Source: Paramecium tetraurelia
Taxonomy: Eukaryota
Direction: 5' to 3'
DNA: 64,000 nt
Assembly (NCBI GenBank): GCA_000165425.1
Contig: CT868230.1
Location: forward strand, 310,001 to 374,000
In this document: in pieces, positions 1 through 15,524 of the stretch
How positions within the stretch are numbered: position 1 is the first letter of the stretch
How the letters are laid out: each line of letters starts with the position of its first letter
Program-made: the position numbers and the translations under genes
The notes under the pieces: generated by a model
The model's input: the letters and a program-made list of their open reading frames with translations, nothing else
Told to the model about the DNA's origin: nothing
Databases searched by the model: none

Positions 1-590
1 CATCATTTTGATCTTACTTTTAAGATCAATTTCTTTCTGTTTATATTGGTTAAGTTAACTAGCTAGTAGTCTGTTGGATAGGGTAATTTCCTTTAACTTT
101 TATTCCAAGTGAGATTATTTATTAACTGAATGTCTGAAAAACCTTACATCTGAATGCTTATGATATTCAATAGCATTCTCAACAAATTTAAGAAAGTCAC
201 TCTCATTATTCTTATTGACACTATCTCTTTATATAGATTCCTTCATAAAGTCACTATCACTCTTCGAGTTATTTAGTTTAAAAAACTAATCAAACAATTT
301 TTCCCCTTCCAATTCTTCCATGTCATTTATTGGTGTACCTTGCCTGTATGAATGCTATTTATTATCAAGTGTGGATTTGGCTCTTTGATGTTTTAGGTCG
401 ACACTAGGCTTGCGTTTCTAAATCAATGATTCAATGTATTGTAGATTGTTTCTATTCATGTCCTCAAATAAACCAAATGACTATTAATCATTTGGAGACT
501 TCTTATGTCTGAGTTCTCTTGAACTTATTAAAAAAACATCTTACTTGCATAATTTATACCCTGCTTTCCTGACAGTTAACTTAGTGACAT
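1..590 (-). CDS. Hypothetical protein; 3' part runs off the window
   Basis: ATG at 590 (MSLSQLSGKQ), a 20-nt GT..AG intron, then a TGA-free frame in code 6 (..SSRELRHKKSPND..FLKFVENAIEYHKHSDVRFFRHS..) to the window edge. Confidence 0.65.
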
Positions 591-893
591 TTAATTAAAT
601 TATATTTAATAAAGCAAAAATCCATTCAACCACCTTAATTATAAATTCTAATAAAATAATTGATATTGATATCTAAGGAACTCCTAATTCAAGTCAATGG
701 TTAAACATAACAGACAAGGGGTGTAATGTAAAATCTATTCATTATTTTAATAACAATAAATCATTGTATCTAAGAGAACTGATTAGTTTTTTGATTTTCA
801 ATTAGAATAACAAATGTTGATTGCAATAAAAGATATTTTTACTAATTTAGGGATTATTATTAATAAATTTAATTTTTTATTATTTCTTATTTA

Positions 894-2874
894 ATGATTC
901 CAAAACTAAGCCGAGAGAATACCACTAGCAATACTAGTTATCTTCCAAGACATCTAAATATCTAAGGGTTCTAAAAGTTCAACATTAAGTCTAATTCTCC
1001 AAGAACATTGTAGGCTTGTTAAGAATTGGGCATCGATCCAATAGTTTTAGAATTGAAGTAAGTTAGTTGTTGTATACCAGAGAAGAATCAGATTTCAAAT
1101 AAAATGACATAGATGAGGAAATCGTTCAACTCAGATATTAACATTACCTCAACAGAGCTCATTGTATAAGATGAATAAAATTTATTATAGAACTGTTCAC
1201 TGAAATAACTTAAAGAAGGAAAGAGATAATTTAGAGACAAAGACAAAAACAATTAAATAATAATGCCTCAATAGAATCCCTAGATAGATCAAAAACAATC
1301 AAGTTGTAGCAATCATTAGACTAGTGCGAGTAACAACTCCTGCATATAATTTCTTAGGGTTCGACGATAAATAGATTCAATCTACAACAGAACTGTATCC
1401 TTCTTGCACTAAAAGAGTGAATCTCCAACTAAAGATCACTTTACAGGAGATGTCTATGATCTCAATCAATTGGAAGGTGGAATCGAAAAGGAAATAGATA
1501 GATACAATAAACATAAAAAATAGAAGATTGTATATAAAATATTAATAATTGTAGAGAGAAGCATAACTGAAATTGAAGGAAGATGCAAAAAGGTTATAAT
1601 TGATAGAGAAGTGGAAATAAAAGGATTCCTAAATTTTGGATTCGATATTGAAAAGACAATATGCATTTAAACAGAAGATGAAGGCTTCTAGCAGTGGAAG
1701 AAAAACTCCTTTTCAAAAAATTCCATAATCTACAGATCCAAAATCCTTTAAAAGAGACAGTGAATCTAAGATAGACAAGTAAGATATCAATGTTAATTTA
1801 AGAGGAGGAGATACTTCAATGCAAAAGACCATGTACAGAACTAGAATAGATGACTCTAAAATCAAGTAAAGAAGAGAGATGGTCATTCAAAGAAAGGAAG
1901 AACTCAACAAAATGGAAGATATTGAATTATAAAAGGACCTTGAAAAGTTATAATTGAAATTGAATCAAAGTGAAAAATTATCTAAACAATAAGCATAAAT
2001 CAAAGTTGAGAGAATCAAAGAATAATATTTTCGAGAATAATAATTAATTTAATAATAAAGAGAAATTAATGTCATTTAATCTCAAGAACATTTGAGTGCA
2101 ATGATTAGTAAAATGATTAACAAAGAACAAGAATTTAGAGGACAACTTTAATCTTAATTGATGCAAGACTTAGAAAAAAAATAATAATAAAAAGAAAAGG
2201 TTAATAAAATTAAATAGAATCAAAATGATCTCTTTAAGGATCACGAGTAATTATATATTCTATTCTTAGTAAAAAATTAAAATAATTAAATGATAAATTT
2301 ATCAAAATTGAGGAATAAAATAAACTTAGAAAATAGGAATTAGAACACAAGATACTATTGAAATAGGAATTAAGAAGATTGAAAGAACAGGACAAATTAG
2401 ATAACTATGAGAGGTAGAAAAGACAAAATGATTATAAAATGATGACTCTATATATGAAATCCAAATTTATTGAAGAAAAAAATTAGCTCAAATAATATCA
2501 AAATGTATTGATTTCAATTAAATACAGGAAGTTATTTAAAAAACATCTATGGAAATAAACAAGTAAGAAATATAAGAACGATAACGAATTTATTCATAAC
2601 TCCAGGAATTAAGCGACAATTTATTGAACTATAAAGTATACCATTTATTTATTCTTAGAGTGTCTCATAACATGAATCCAGATAAAAATAAGACTAAGCA
2701 AAATATAAAAGTGTTAAGTAATCATCTTATCTCCTATATAGACTGCTTAAGAAGTTTGCTAAGTTAGAAGATCCCAACATTGAATAACATACTAAAGTAA
2801 TATTGACCATGCTTCAACCTAAACCTGTAGAAAATGAAAATTCTAATAGAAAGTTAAGTGTTCACAAAAAATGA
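894..2874 (+). CDS. Hypothetical coiled-coil protein, multi-intron
   Basis: MIPKLSRENTT..SPRTLQACQELGIDP.. followed by a long K/E/Q-rich helical frame, several ~25-nt introns, TGA at 2872-2874. Confidence 0.7.
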
Positions 2875-3046
2875 CAATATTTTATTTAAGTAATTTATGA
2901 AATTTTTCTGAATAAATATTTATCCTCCAAAATTTATCAGTTAATTATTTTAATTTTCATTTGTAAATAGTCAACTTTAATTTTGATCAGAATTCATAAG
3001 ATATATACTTTCTATTCTTTTTGTTATCAATACATTTGAATAATTA

Positions 3047-3489
3047 ATGGATAATGAAATCCAAATCCATAATAAAGTTAAACGAATCAAGGAAAGATAT
3101 GTTCATGAAGCTATGCTCCTGGTTGAACATTGGAGGTATGATATAAATATATATGATAGGAGCTTATACTAATAACCTTATCTCTAGAATGGGAGATAAT
3201 TAAAAATTACTTTGGATAAAGCTGCCGAAATAGTAGGAATCCCTAGAAAAACTTTGGAGGATTACTATTATCAATTGAAGAAAGCAGAAACTTTAGGTAT
3301 GACCTTAGAATATATCTAGTTGATCTTTAAAATTTTAAGAATTGCAAAATAGGAGTGATTCGAAGAATTGTTAAAGAGAGCAAAAAGTAATCAGAAACAA
3401 CTACTCACTTAATTGATACAAATGAATTCTTTTTATAAGAAAATGAAACCATTGTCAATAGAAAAAACAGTTTCGAATATGATGATTGA
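3047..3489 (+). CDS. Small ciliate-type helix-turn-helix protein
   Basis: MDNEIQ..KERYVHEAMLLVEHWRSLY..ITLDKAAEIVGIPRKTLEDYYYQLKKAE..CKIGVIRRIVK; the AAxxVGIxxxTL HTH pattern is visible; two tiny introns. Confidence 0.75.
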
Positions 3490-4154
3490 TTTTACTAAAA
3501 AAAGGGTTTGCTAGACCCATAATGATTATAAATGTCGTATAAATTCTATCACCTATCATCCAGTATAATATTTCTGATTCCTTTCTTATTTTAATTTATT
3601 ATCATCAATAATATTAAGTTTGTTGAAATAATTAACTTTGCTTACATTTAAATGACACAATAAACTTCACAAAAAGATAAAATTTATTTCTATTATTTAT
3701 GCTTTGTAATTGAGATTACGGTTATAAAGTTTGTATTGTACTATGAAAATCATTAAATTTATAATGTATTTGGTTTGATTCTAACTCAAAGTTTTATTTT
3801 CCGTAATTCGAAATTATGTATTCTCTAAAAAATTAGCAAGATATTGTTGGAATAGAATATCTATACTATTTTAATCTAAATTATTGATAAAAATTAGAAA
3901 TCCAGAGTGAATATCTAATTGAAAGTCAAGGTTATTTTTATTTGATAGTTTTGATAAGCTAATATTGAAATATAGAATTAATTATTATCATAATAAGGAA
4001 TAGATGGAATTAGATATGATATGGTAGCTAAAATTAATGCAATTGGATTTAACCTAATGCAGTTATTTTGCAAAATCTCTAATTTTAATAGGGGGTTAAT
4101 AGATAATAATTGATTCTCAAATTAGATTTGTAAAATATATAAAATTATAAGTTA

Positions 4155-5135
4155 ATGAAAAATATAAGTTCAATAGGTAATTAATATTCTTATTAAGAAT
4201 TCAGTTGATTATCCTCCTTTTGAATTTACTGGGAAAAGGATACCAATAAAAGCTCTAATCTGTAATGAACTTTCTTTTCCAAAAGAGACAAAACCAATTT
4301 AGAATTTTTTGATCTTCTCAAATTAATCTGGATTAAAAAGATCAAAATCTACACCTCCGTCTTTGAGAGAGTTGTTAACTGATGCATTTACTATCACTCT
4401 CACAGAAAGAACATTACCATCAAAAAGAATTTCGATTTTGCTTCCATTCAAAAATGCTGTAGAAAAGATTAGATCTAACAATAGAGAAATCATGGCCAGA
4501 AGAAAATCTTGTTATGGATCATTGTTTGGAATCAATTAACAAAAACAGATGGTAAATTATCCCACTTCGATTGAAATGCATAAGAAAATTAATGGAAAAG
4601 AATTCGCTCTCTCAAGCTTTGCTGAATTGTTAAAAAAAAATCAAAGGAAAAGCACAAAGCGTCCCAGTCTTGCTCGCAAACTCTCGAAATAGATGAGCTT
4701 AGTTGGTATTGATTATAAATTATATTTCAAGAATATGATAATATGGAAAGACCTCCTACATGTAAAACTCCAAGGGAAACAAAGATCATATTATTCAAAA
4801 AGAAGAATTCGTCGACCTTAACAAAGGAGAAATATATCCAAGGATAAAAATTAAAATTGTTTCATTTCATGAATGATTCTTAGTCTAGAAAGATACAATT
4901 AAATTCAATGCCCTTTAGAAATTCTATCAAACATAGAGGTGACACAATGAAATTAAAAACTTGCATGACAGAATTACTCAGCACATAAAGAAGTCCAACA
5001 TCAAGTTATAGAACTACTACATATGAGAGACCTTATTAAAAGTAGAATGAATTACTCTCAAAATTAATAAAAACTGAACACAAAAGTAGATCTCACTACC
5101 TTCCTAAATCCACTTTTAATGCTTTCGGCTATTGA
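4155..5135 (+). CDS. Hypothetical basic, low-complexity protein
   Basis: MKNISSI..DYPPFEFTGKRIPIKALIC..; two introns; ends ..FNAFGY TGA. Confidence 0.6.
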
Positions 5136-5266
5136 ATTTATATGAAAATTTTCCTATTAATTTACAGTTAAAATTTAAAATAAAAAATAAAATGTAAGAC
5201 TATAGAGGCAATTTCAAAAGGATTGAATTTGGTGTTTAATAGACTCCAGTTAAATCTACAAACAAT

Positions 5267-7078
5267 ATGAATGATTTTTAGTCCTCATAGAAATTAAAAT
5301 ATGAGCAAGTGAGCAATAAACCTTAATCAGTGAATGTTAGTTTTATAAATGCTCCTGTTACAATGGTATCGAAAGAGCTCTTCACATTATAAATACCAGT
5401 TAAAGTTAAATAACTGACTGATGATTGGAATACATAATTAACATTGAAAATGATTATGCAGTCAAGTCAATAAGCGCATGGATAAACATTGAGAATTGAA
5501 TTGACAGATGATACTAACTTCTCTTTTCTACAAATATTGGATTTAAATGAGAGTGAGTTCTTGGCTTTAAAAAATGAATAGAGTTTACATGTGGATTTTG
5601 CAACATTTCCGATGAAATTAGCAGACTTATTATAATTATGCATAAATAGTTAAAGAGATGAAAAAGTGAAGTAGATATTAAAGTGTATAATGTAGTTTCT
5701 ATGTTTGTTTGGAAACCAAGAATGGAGAATCCACACTAGCAGTAATCGAAAATAATGAATTCAAAAAATTAACACATTTATCATTGAGATTGAGGAGTGC
5801 TACAGATGATATACTTAAGTACTTTTTAGCAAATAAATTGGCAATAGAAAAGTAAGAGAATGAGGAATTGCAAAAGAAAACTAAGAAAATGACAGAATAA
5901 TTGGAAGAGAAATAATGGGAACTAGAGAATTTGAAATCTGAAGTTAGAAAATTTACAGAGGATAACAACGCTGTCCTCCAATAACTGTAATTAGATGAAC
6001 AAAAGAAACTAAATGACTTTAGAGAATAGGCATTAAGCAGGGAAACTAATTTTAAAAGGGAAAGTGAAAATGAAAAGCAATTTATAATTGAAAAGTATGA
6101 AAAAATTGTCTTTGAATTATAAAATAAATACACTTAATTGCAATAAATAAATTAAGAATTATCGGAATAAAAAATTCAATTAACCCAATAAGAAAAGGAG
6201 TTAAAGAATAGATTTTCAATAATTTCATAAGAATCCTAATAGTTATAGAAGGAAAATTCTGAGTTTAGAGTATTGAATAAAGAATTGGATACACTTAAGT
6301 TTTCTTAGGAAAGACAAATAATAGAACTAAGAATATAGAAGGAAGGATTAGAAAAATTATTACATGATAAGGAGGATTTCTTAAATAACAAATAACAATT
6401 AGTAGACAATGAAAAAAAGTAAAATGTATAAAATTATATTAATTATTCAGGTTATTTTAGAGGAATAAACTAATAATTAGAAGAAACAAATTGAAAAACT
6501 AGAGCAAAGAATAGCTGTTATGAGTGATGAAGTCAATAAGGGAAACCAAATCATTGAGAAATTAGAGAATGAATTAAGCAAACAAAAAGAAAAGAATAAA
6601 TTAAAAAATACTGTTTTTCTTTAATAAGAATAGACAGTATAATAATTGTAAGATGCAAATGATTAAAATAACAAATAGATTAATGAATGTATTAATTGGA
6701 TCTAATTATTATAGTAAAAAGAGAGAAGGACAGTTTAGAATTGAGAGTCAAAGATTAAGAAAATACAAATTTAGATTTAAAAAATAAATTGGCTGAAAGT
6801 TAGAAATTGCTTGAATCCAATAATTAAATGATTTAGTACTTAAATAAATGCTTGAATGAAACTAAAGTTTAAGCACCAGCTTAAATGCCAGGTTTTTCAA
6901 CATTGAAAAGTCAAACCTTCACAAAGTACACATCTCCCATACCATTATAAGAAGATGTAATAATTTATATTAATATCTTTAGCGAAGTTTCAGAAATTAA
7001 AGTGTTACTTATTAACAGAATCAAAATAATGTCTCTTAGATTTCGAATTAAACAATATAAAACAAATTTAATTTCTGA
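5267..7078 (+). CDS. SAS6: Spindle assembly abnormal protein 6 (basal body cartwheel protein)
   Basis: Head-domain motifs LRIELTDDTNFSFLQILDLNESEFLALKNEQSLHVDFATFPMKLADLLQLC and IENNEFKKLTHLSLRLRSATDDILKYFLA, then a long coiled coil; four tiny introns. Confidence 0.9.
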
Positions 7079-7221
7079 AGATTATTATAACCTAAATTTA
7101 TGAAAAGAAACTTCTATATACTCATTATTTTATTTGCTATATATATATATTTCAAATTCAGATTCTAAATTATTTACATAGTTTAGATATATATTAATAT
7201 CAATTTTAGTTTATTTATATA

Positions 7222-8312
<1,091 letters not shown>

Positions 8313-8406
8313 TAATCATATGTTATATTAAAAATAAATACTCTACAAATGGTTTATATATATAAGAATTAGTTCAATTAATTAAACTCAAAGTAATATT
8401 TATAAT

Positions 8407-9944
<1,538 letters not shown>

Positions 9945-9997
9945 CAATTTTAATATTATTAATAAATGAACTTTAAAATAACGCCTAAACATATATC

Positions 9998-11198
9998 TCA
10001 TTTGAACAGGCTGCTTTATCCTAACTAAGCCAGTTTTGATTAACTTTATTGAGGGGACTAAAGATTACTCTATTTGTTAAGTCCAAGTTGTCTCAATATA
10101 TAGGGATTCTGAATTTAATGTGGATTTGGATTTGTTAATGGATTATAAGCCTAAGACTATTGTAAACTTAAATTGTCAATCAATTTATCTTATTGATTTT
10201 AGCCATTTCCCTATGTTTGAGTAGAATATAATTATTACCATACTAGATAACTATTCATAATATTATGATTGATAATCTCTTTTTTTTCTCCTCTCCTATT
10301 ATTGTTCATCATTAAAGCTTTCGGCAGCTTTGCGTATTTCTTATTTATTTTAAGTAGCCAAAATTTCTTGATCCTTTCTTCTCTATTCCTTTTCTTTTAC
10401 TTGTAGTGATAATGTGTTCAAGTATTAATCTTTAAGTTGTTTATCATTCTATCTTTTAGTATTTATTTCCTCTTATTCTCTATCCATCTTTTCTTTAACT
10501 TATTTATTGATAATGTAGTCTAAAGAGGATCTGGGATCATCTACATTTTTCCTATAAATATCCTACAAATGGTCATTTCTTTCAGCTAATCTTTGATAAT
10601 ACTAATGATAGTGTGAATCAATACTTTTTTATATTCTTCTTCTTATTGAATAATCCTTTGTTAATCTTTGATCGCATATTCCTAAAATAATACTCTCTCC
10701 TAATCCCTATTTAATCTCTCCTTCTGCTTTTTTTCTTCTATAAGTTTCATCTATTCATCATAAATTTACTTTTGCATAAGTCTTTTTTGCAATTGATTCT
10801 ATCTTTCTTCTTGTAAAGCTTTTTAAGCACTATCAATAATTTGATTTTCAATGTTTAAATCTTCGCTTTTCTATAAGGATAAGTAAATTGTTTTACCTTT
10901 TAATTTACAATCAAGTTTCTTTAATCTATAATTTCTGAATATTTTTTAGATAAGGACTCTTTTGTTTATAGTTTTTTTTACTTCTATTGATCAGCCATCT
11001 CTTTGTTGAGTAATTAGATTCTCTAAATTTCATCAGTGTCCTCTTTTTGTCTTAATTCCTAATTTCTTCTTTTTGCCTCCTCTTATATTTGTCTCTATTC
11101 TTCTAGTGAAGTCTTCATAACTTCCTATTTCATTTATTTAATTTGGAACTACTCCTATTTGATTGTTTTGTGAATGTTGTATTATTAAAAATCATCAT
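9998..11198 (-). CDS. Coiled-coil protein, possibly ciliary or cytoskeletal
   Basis: Q/E/K/R-rich helical frame; C-terminal YNPLTNPNPHQIQNPYILRQL; TGA complement at 9998-10000. Confidence 0.7.
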
Positions 11199-11258
11199 AA
11201 TTTTATTTAGATAATAACATTTATTAATGAAGTAAAAATTGTGTTATAAAATTAATAT

Positions 11259-13804
11259 ATGAAATTCAGTCTCATCAAATAATTTGAAGATGTACATATT
11301 TTCCATAACCTAGAATGATATGCCATTTAAGAGATCTATGGAAACACTGTAAATTAAATAGGATAGCTATGTTTAGTTTTGTAACTTTGATTGGATCGCA
11401 GTTCAAAAAGACTCCGATTTAACACTCTACAAAGATGGATTACAAGATGTACCTCTTTATTCTTTAAAATAGGCTAATGAGATTGATCTCACCCAATTGT
11501 TTGGCAAAACACAATGTGGCAAAGTATAAATACACTTTTTCAAGTTTGCCAATGAATAATTTGATTAAAAACAAATGATCCTAATCGGAAATAGTATATT
11601 ATCCCCTCTAATTCAAAGATACAATTATTGGCTATGACGTCTATGAATTACCGAAAACCTGCAAATTTTATATGAATGATGATTACAGAGTCAGAAGGAA
11701 ATTATAATTCTCAGAAGTACAAATACTTGAACAAGACTTCAATTTATATATTCTTACTGATCATTTCGATCTAATTACATTAAATCTAGCTAACAAAGAT
11801 AATAGATTCAATTACCAACCTTTGGTAAAAAAGGGAAATTTTATCGCCAATTTGCTGTTCTAAAATAATTTAGATTTCTATATCCCAGACGCTACTTTCA
11901 AGTTTTCAGTATTTGAAGACACTCTCCTAATCATTCAAAAAACATCAGCAAATTAGATAAAATCATATTAATGCAGTTTGAACCCTTACAATTTAATAGT
12001 ATGTATTTCTATCTATTCTTCTAGTCCTAATCACAGAAGACATTTGTTTGCGATGTCATTAATCTGAATTGTTAACTGGCTATCAACAATTTTCATTTAT
12101 TCAAGACTTCCAAAGGAATCAAATTGATGTTCCTGACAATCATATAAAATATGGATTAATTAGAAAGAAATTGCCAACTAAAATTGATGTCTAAAGAGAT
12201 GGAAATAACAGATCCAAAGGCTGATTTTTTCAATCTAGATAGACCAAACTATGAAGATTTGAATGAATTGCAACTGCATGGAGAGAAACTTAAATCCTTT
12301 TTCTTTTAGAATGATTAAGATATTGTCCTCTTATACTCAGTTTTGGATACTAATTATTATCACAACAACTTATGCACATCTTTCAAAGACAATACACTTT
12401 TTAAGGGGAATCTCTAAGGTGCTGGAATTTCAGTAAACAATGGATTGTCTTAATTGAAGGTCTGCTTTAATGGGAAAATACTTATTGCAGGAGAAAATTA
12501 GTAAAAATGCCCTAAATAATTGTAAAATTATAAGATTTATCATTTTTAATAGAATCACCCATTTTTAAGGAAGATGTAAGAATGAAATCGTTTTCAATTT
12601 ATTAAAAGAAGGCTTTAATTAATTCTGTACCCACTCAAATTAAAATTCAGCATTCTTGAAATTGGAATTTTAGGCATTTTAAGAATAAATAATATGTTAA
12701 GTTATTAATTAAATTCTTTGGGATTATATGGAAACTCCCATTTCAAAATACACAGTTGTTGAGAGTTAATTGTAAGAAAACCAAAATAAACTAGAATAAT
12801 GGAAATAATACACAAAAACAGTGGTTAAAAATGAATAAATTATATTAAACTTAATTAGGTCTCAAATTTGTTTAAAAGTTGGTGAATATATTAGTAAAAA
12901 TGAAAATAGTTTATAATAATTAATACAAGATTGTTTAAATAAATGGTTAGTATTCTCTTAATTTAAATACTAATTTTATTCAAATTTGGAAGACCTTTAT
13001 ACAATACTTGAATAACTTTTGAAACTTGAGGGTAAGGAAAACCATTTGTTCAATATTTTAACTATTATTTATTCTGGCATTAATGAAGCAAAAGAGTTCA
13101 ATAATATTCAATATCCTAAGTTTTGGACTCATGAACCGGAATGGTTAAGTTTAATCATAAAAGCCTTAAATAAATTGAGGGAACAACCATAAATAGCATT
13201 TTTTTCATTGTTTAAGTATATTATAACAGACATTTCAATTGTGTTTGAGTTTGAAAGAAAAATATCTCCATTGCAATTTTAAGTAATTTAAGAATTCTCT
13301 AACTAAATTTCAAAGGAAGAATTTTAAGATATTTTAATTAATAATAGACTATATGATATATTATTTTAATGCTATTTACAGACAAGCTTAAGATTAGAGA
13401 AAGTATTCGAATTAATTTCTGAAAATGAATAATTATGTTAAAATTTTGTGAATTTATGTTTGTAACATGAAAAAGAGAACAATTATCAAGACTAACGTGA
13501 TTTAAATAAATAAAATTAAAATTAGGCAAAAAGATTGCATTAAATTTTAGATTAAATTGAAGAACATAGTAATAAATTCATTATATAATCATTAGGATGC
13601 GTAGATCAAGTATTAAAATGTTTATCAAAATACCCGAAACTATAAAATATTCTATTGATTCGATCCATGAGATTGGAAGAGATTTAGAATATTCCAATAA
13701 TATCATAAATACATGATCCAGATTCTAAATATTATCGTTTCCTGGTTGATACAGGTTGCCATATTGTAGATAAAAACAAATCATAAATAGAAGTTGAATT
13801 ATGA
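11259..13804 (+). CDS. Hypothetical ~780-aa protein (beta-rich N-terminus, helical C-terminus)
   Basis: Continuous code-6 frame after removing about seven GT..AG introns of 22-31 nt; contains YPKFWTHEPEWL; TGA at 13802-13804. Confidence 0.65.
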
Positions 13805-13956
13805 AGTTTATTAAAGCAAATAATTTATAATTATTTAAGATTATTAGATAAGTTTAATTAAATGTTGATAGCAATTATAAATTTCTAAACTAAATTCTAA
13901 TTGATAAAACATGTTATATTCAATATATAATTAAGATATATTAATCATTAATTGGT

Positions 13957-14493
13957 TCAATAAATTGTTGTTTATTTCATGATGCTAAGAAATTCATCAA
14001 TGTTAATTTGTCCATCCCCATCTTTATCGAATTCATCTATCATAGCTTACAATTCTTAATCACTCAAACTCTCCCCCAATTCTTTTGATACTTTTTTTAA
14101 TTTCCTCAAAGTAATCTTTCCTGAGTTATCATCATCAAACAGTTTAAATGCTCTGAATATTTCATCTTAAGGATCTCTTTCGCAATACTTTCTAGTCACT
14201 AAAATTTGAATTATTCATTTACTTAGTTCTATATAATCACTATACTCAATACGACCGGTTTCATCTCGATCATATTCTTTCATCAATGCTTGCACCTCTT
14301 ACTTTTTTACTTCGAATCCCAGAGCACGGAGAATTACTTTAATTTCATGACAATCTATAGCTCCAGAACGATCAGTATCAAATAAATCAAATGCCTCTTT
14401 AATTTCTTGTTTTTAGTCATCAGTCAATTCGCTTTTTACCTTCTTTTTTTAAGGAGCCTATGTCTTTTATTACTATTTTTTAAATTAAGCCAT
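13957..14493 (-). CDS. CEN3: Centrin, centrin-3/Cdc31 type
   Basis: [92 protein letters not shown]; one 24-nt intron. Confidence 0.92.
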
Positions 14494-14696
14494 GCTTTAT
14501 TAATTTAACTATATTATTTAAAAATAAATGATTAATTGAACTATTAGAGTTTATATACTCCGAATACATATAAATGACTGTCAATCAATCCACACTCCTT
14601 TCATATATGTTTGCGTATTCACAATAAATTTAAATAGTATAAATCAATTCATCATTATAATTGTAAATAAATTAAAGATTTTAAATATTATTTGAA

Positions 14697-15152
14697 ATGA
14701 CAAAGAAGACAAAGAAGGTTGGAATCACAGGAAAATATGGAACCAGATATGGTGCTTCTTTAAGAAAGATTATCAAGAAATTCGAAATCTCCCAACATCA
14801 AAGATATTTCAATACTTTCACAGGAGCTGTATGAAATGAAATTATCTATATTTTAGCATTCATTAAAAAGATAAGCCATTGGTATATGGAGATGCACTTA
14901 AACAGGCTTACAAATTGCTGGTGGAGCTTGGGAAGTCAAGTACTAAATAATTGCTATTCATTTAGCACTCCTGCTGGATTGTCTGCAAAATAAGGTATGT
15001 TGAGAATCAAGAAATTGAAAGACGATGCTGAAGTAGAAGTTAAAGAAGAAAAGAAAGAAAAAAAATAATAACCTAAAGAAGAAAAACCTAAAGAATAGAA
15101 AAAAGAAACTAAGAAACCTTAAACCAAGAAACCATAAGCAAAGAAATAATGA
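14697..15152 (+). CDS. RPL37A: 60S ribosomal protein eL43 (L37a) with Lys/Glu-rich C-terminal extension
   Basis: [39 protein letters not shown]; two introns. Confidence 0.93.
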
Positions 15153-15524
15153 TCACGTATATTAATTACATAAAATATAATAAGTATACACCACATACCA
15201 TATAATAAATTAATATCATCTAACAAATCACCATCCTTACTTTACTCATTCTCATGATTCCTAATTTTTATAGCAGTTAATCACATTTATTTTTTATTTA
15301 TTTCATCAAAATTACAAAGAAATGTTAATGATAATGTCTAATTCATTTTAATAATCAAAAATAATTGCATTAAAATAGTGTTCTTCTGTTCTAATATATA
15401 TTTAATCAATACAATCATCGATATAATTACCAGGTGTTATCATCAATAATTATATTTATTTATAATATTAATCGATACAAATTATTAAAATTCTTCACTC
15501 AAAAATTAAATAATATAAAATAAA

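Noticed and set aside
12570..12590. Apparent in-frame TGA (selenocysteine or readthrough) in the gene at 11259
   Set aside because: Resolved by a 31-nt GT..AG intron just upstream that restores the frame.
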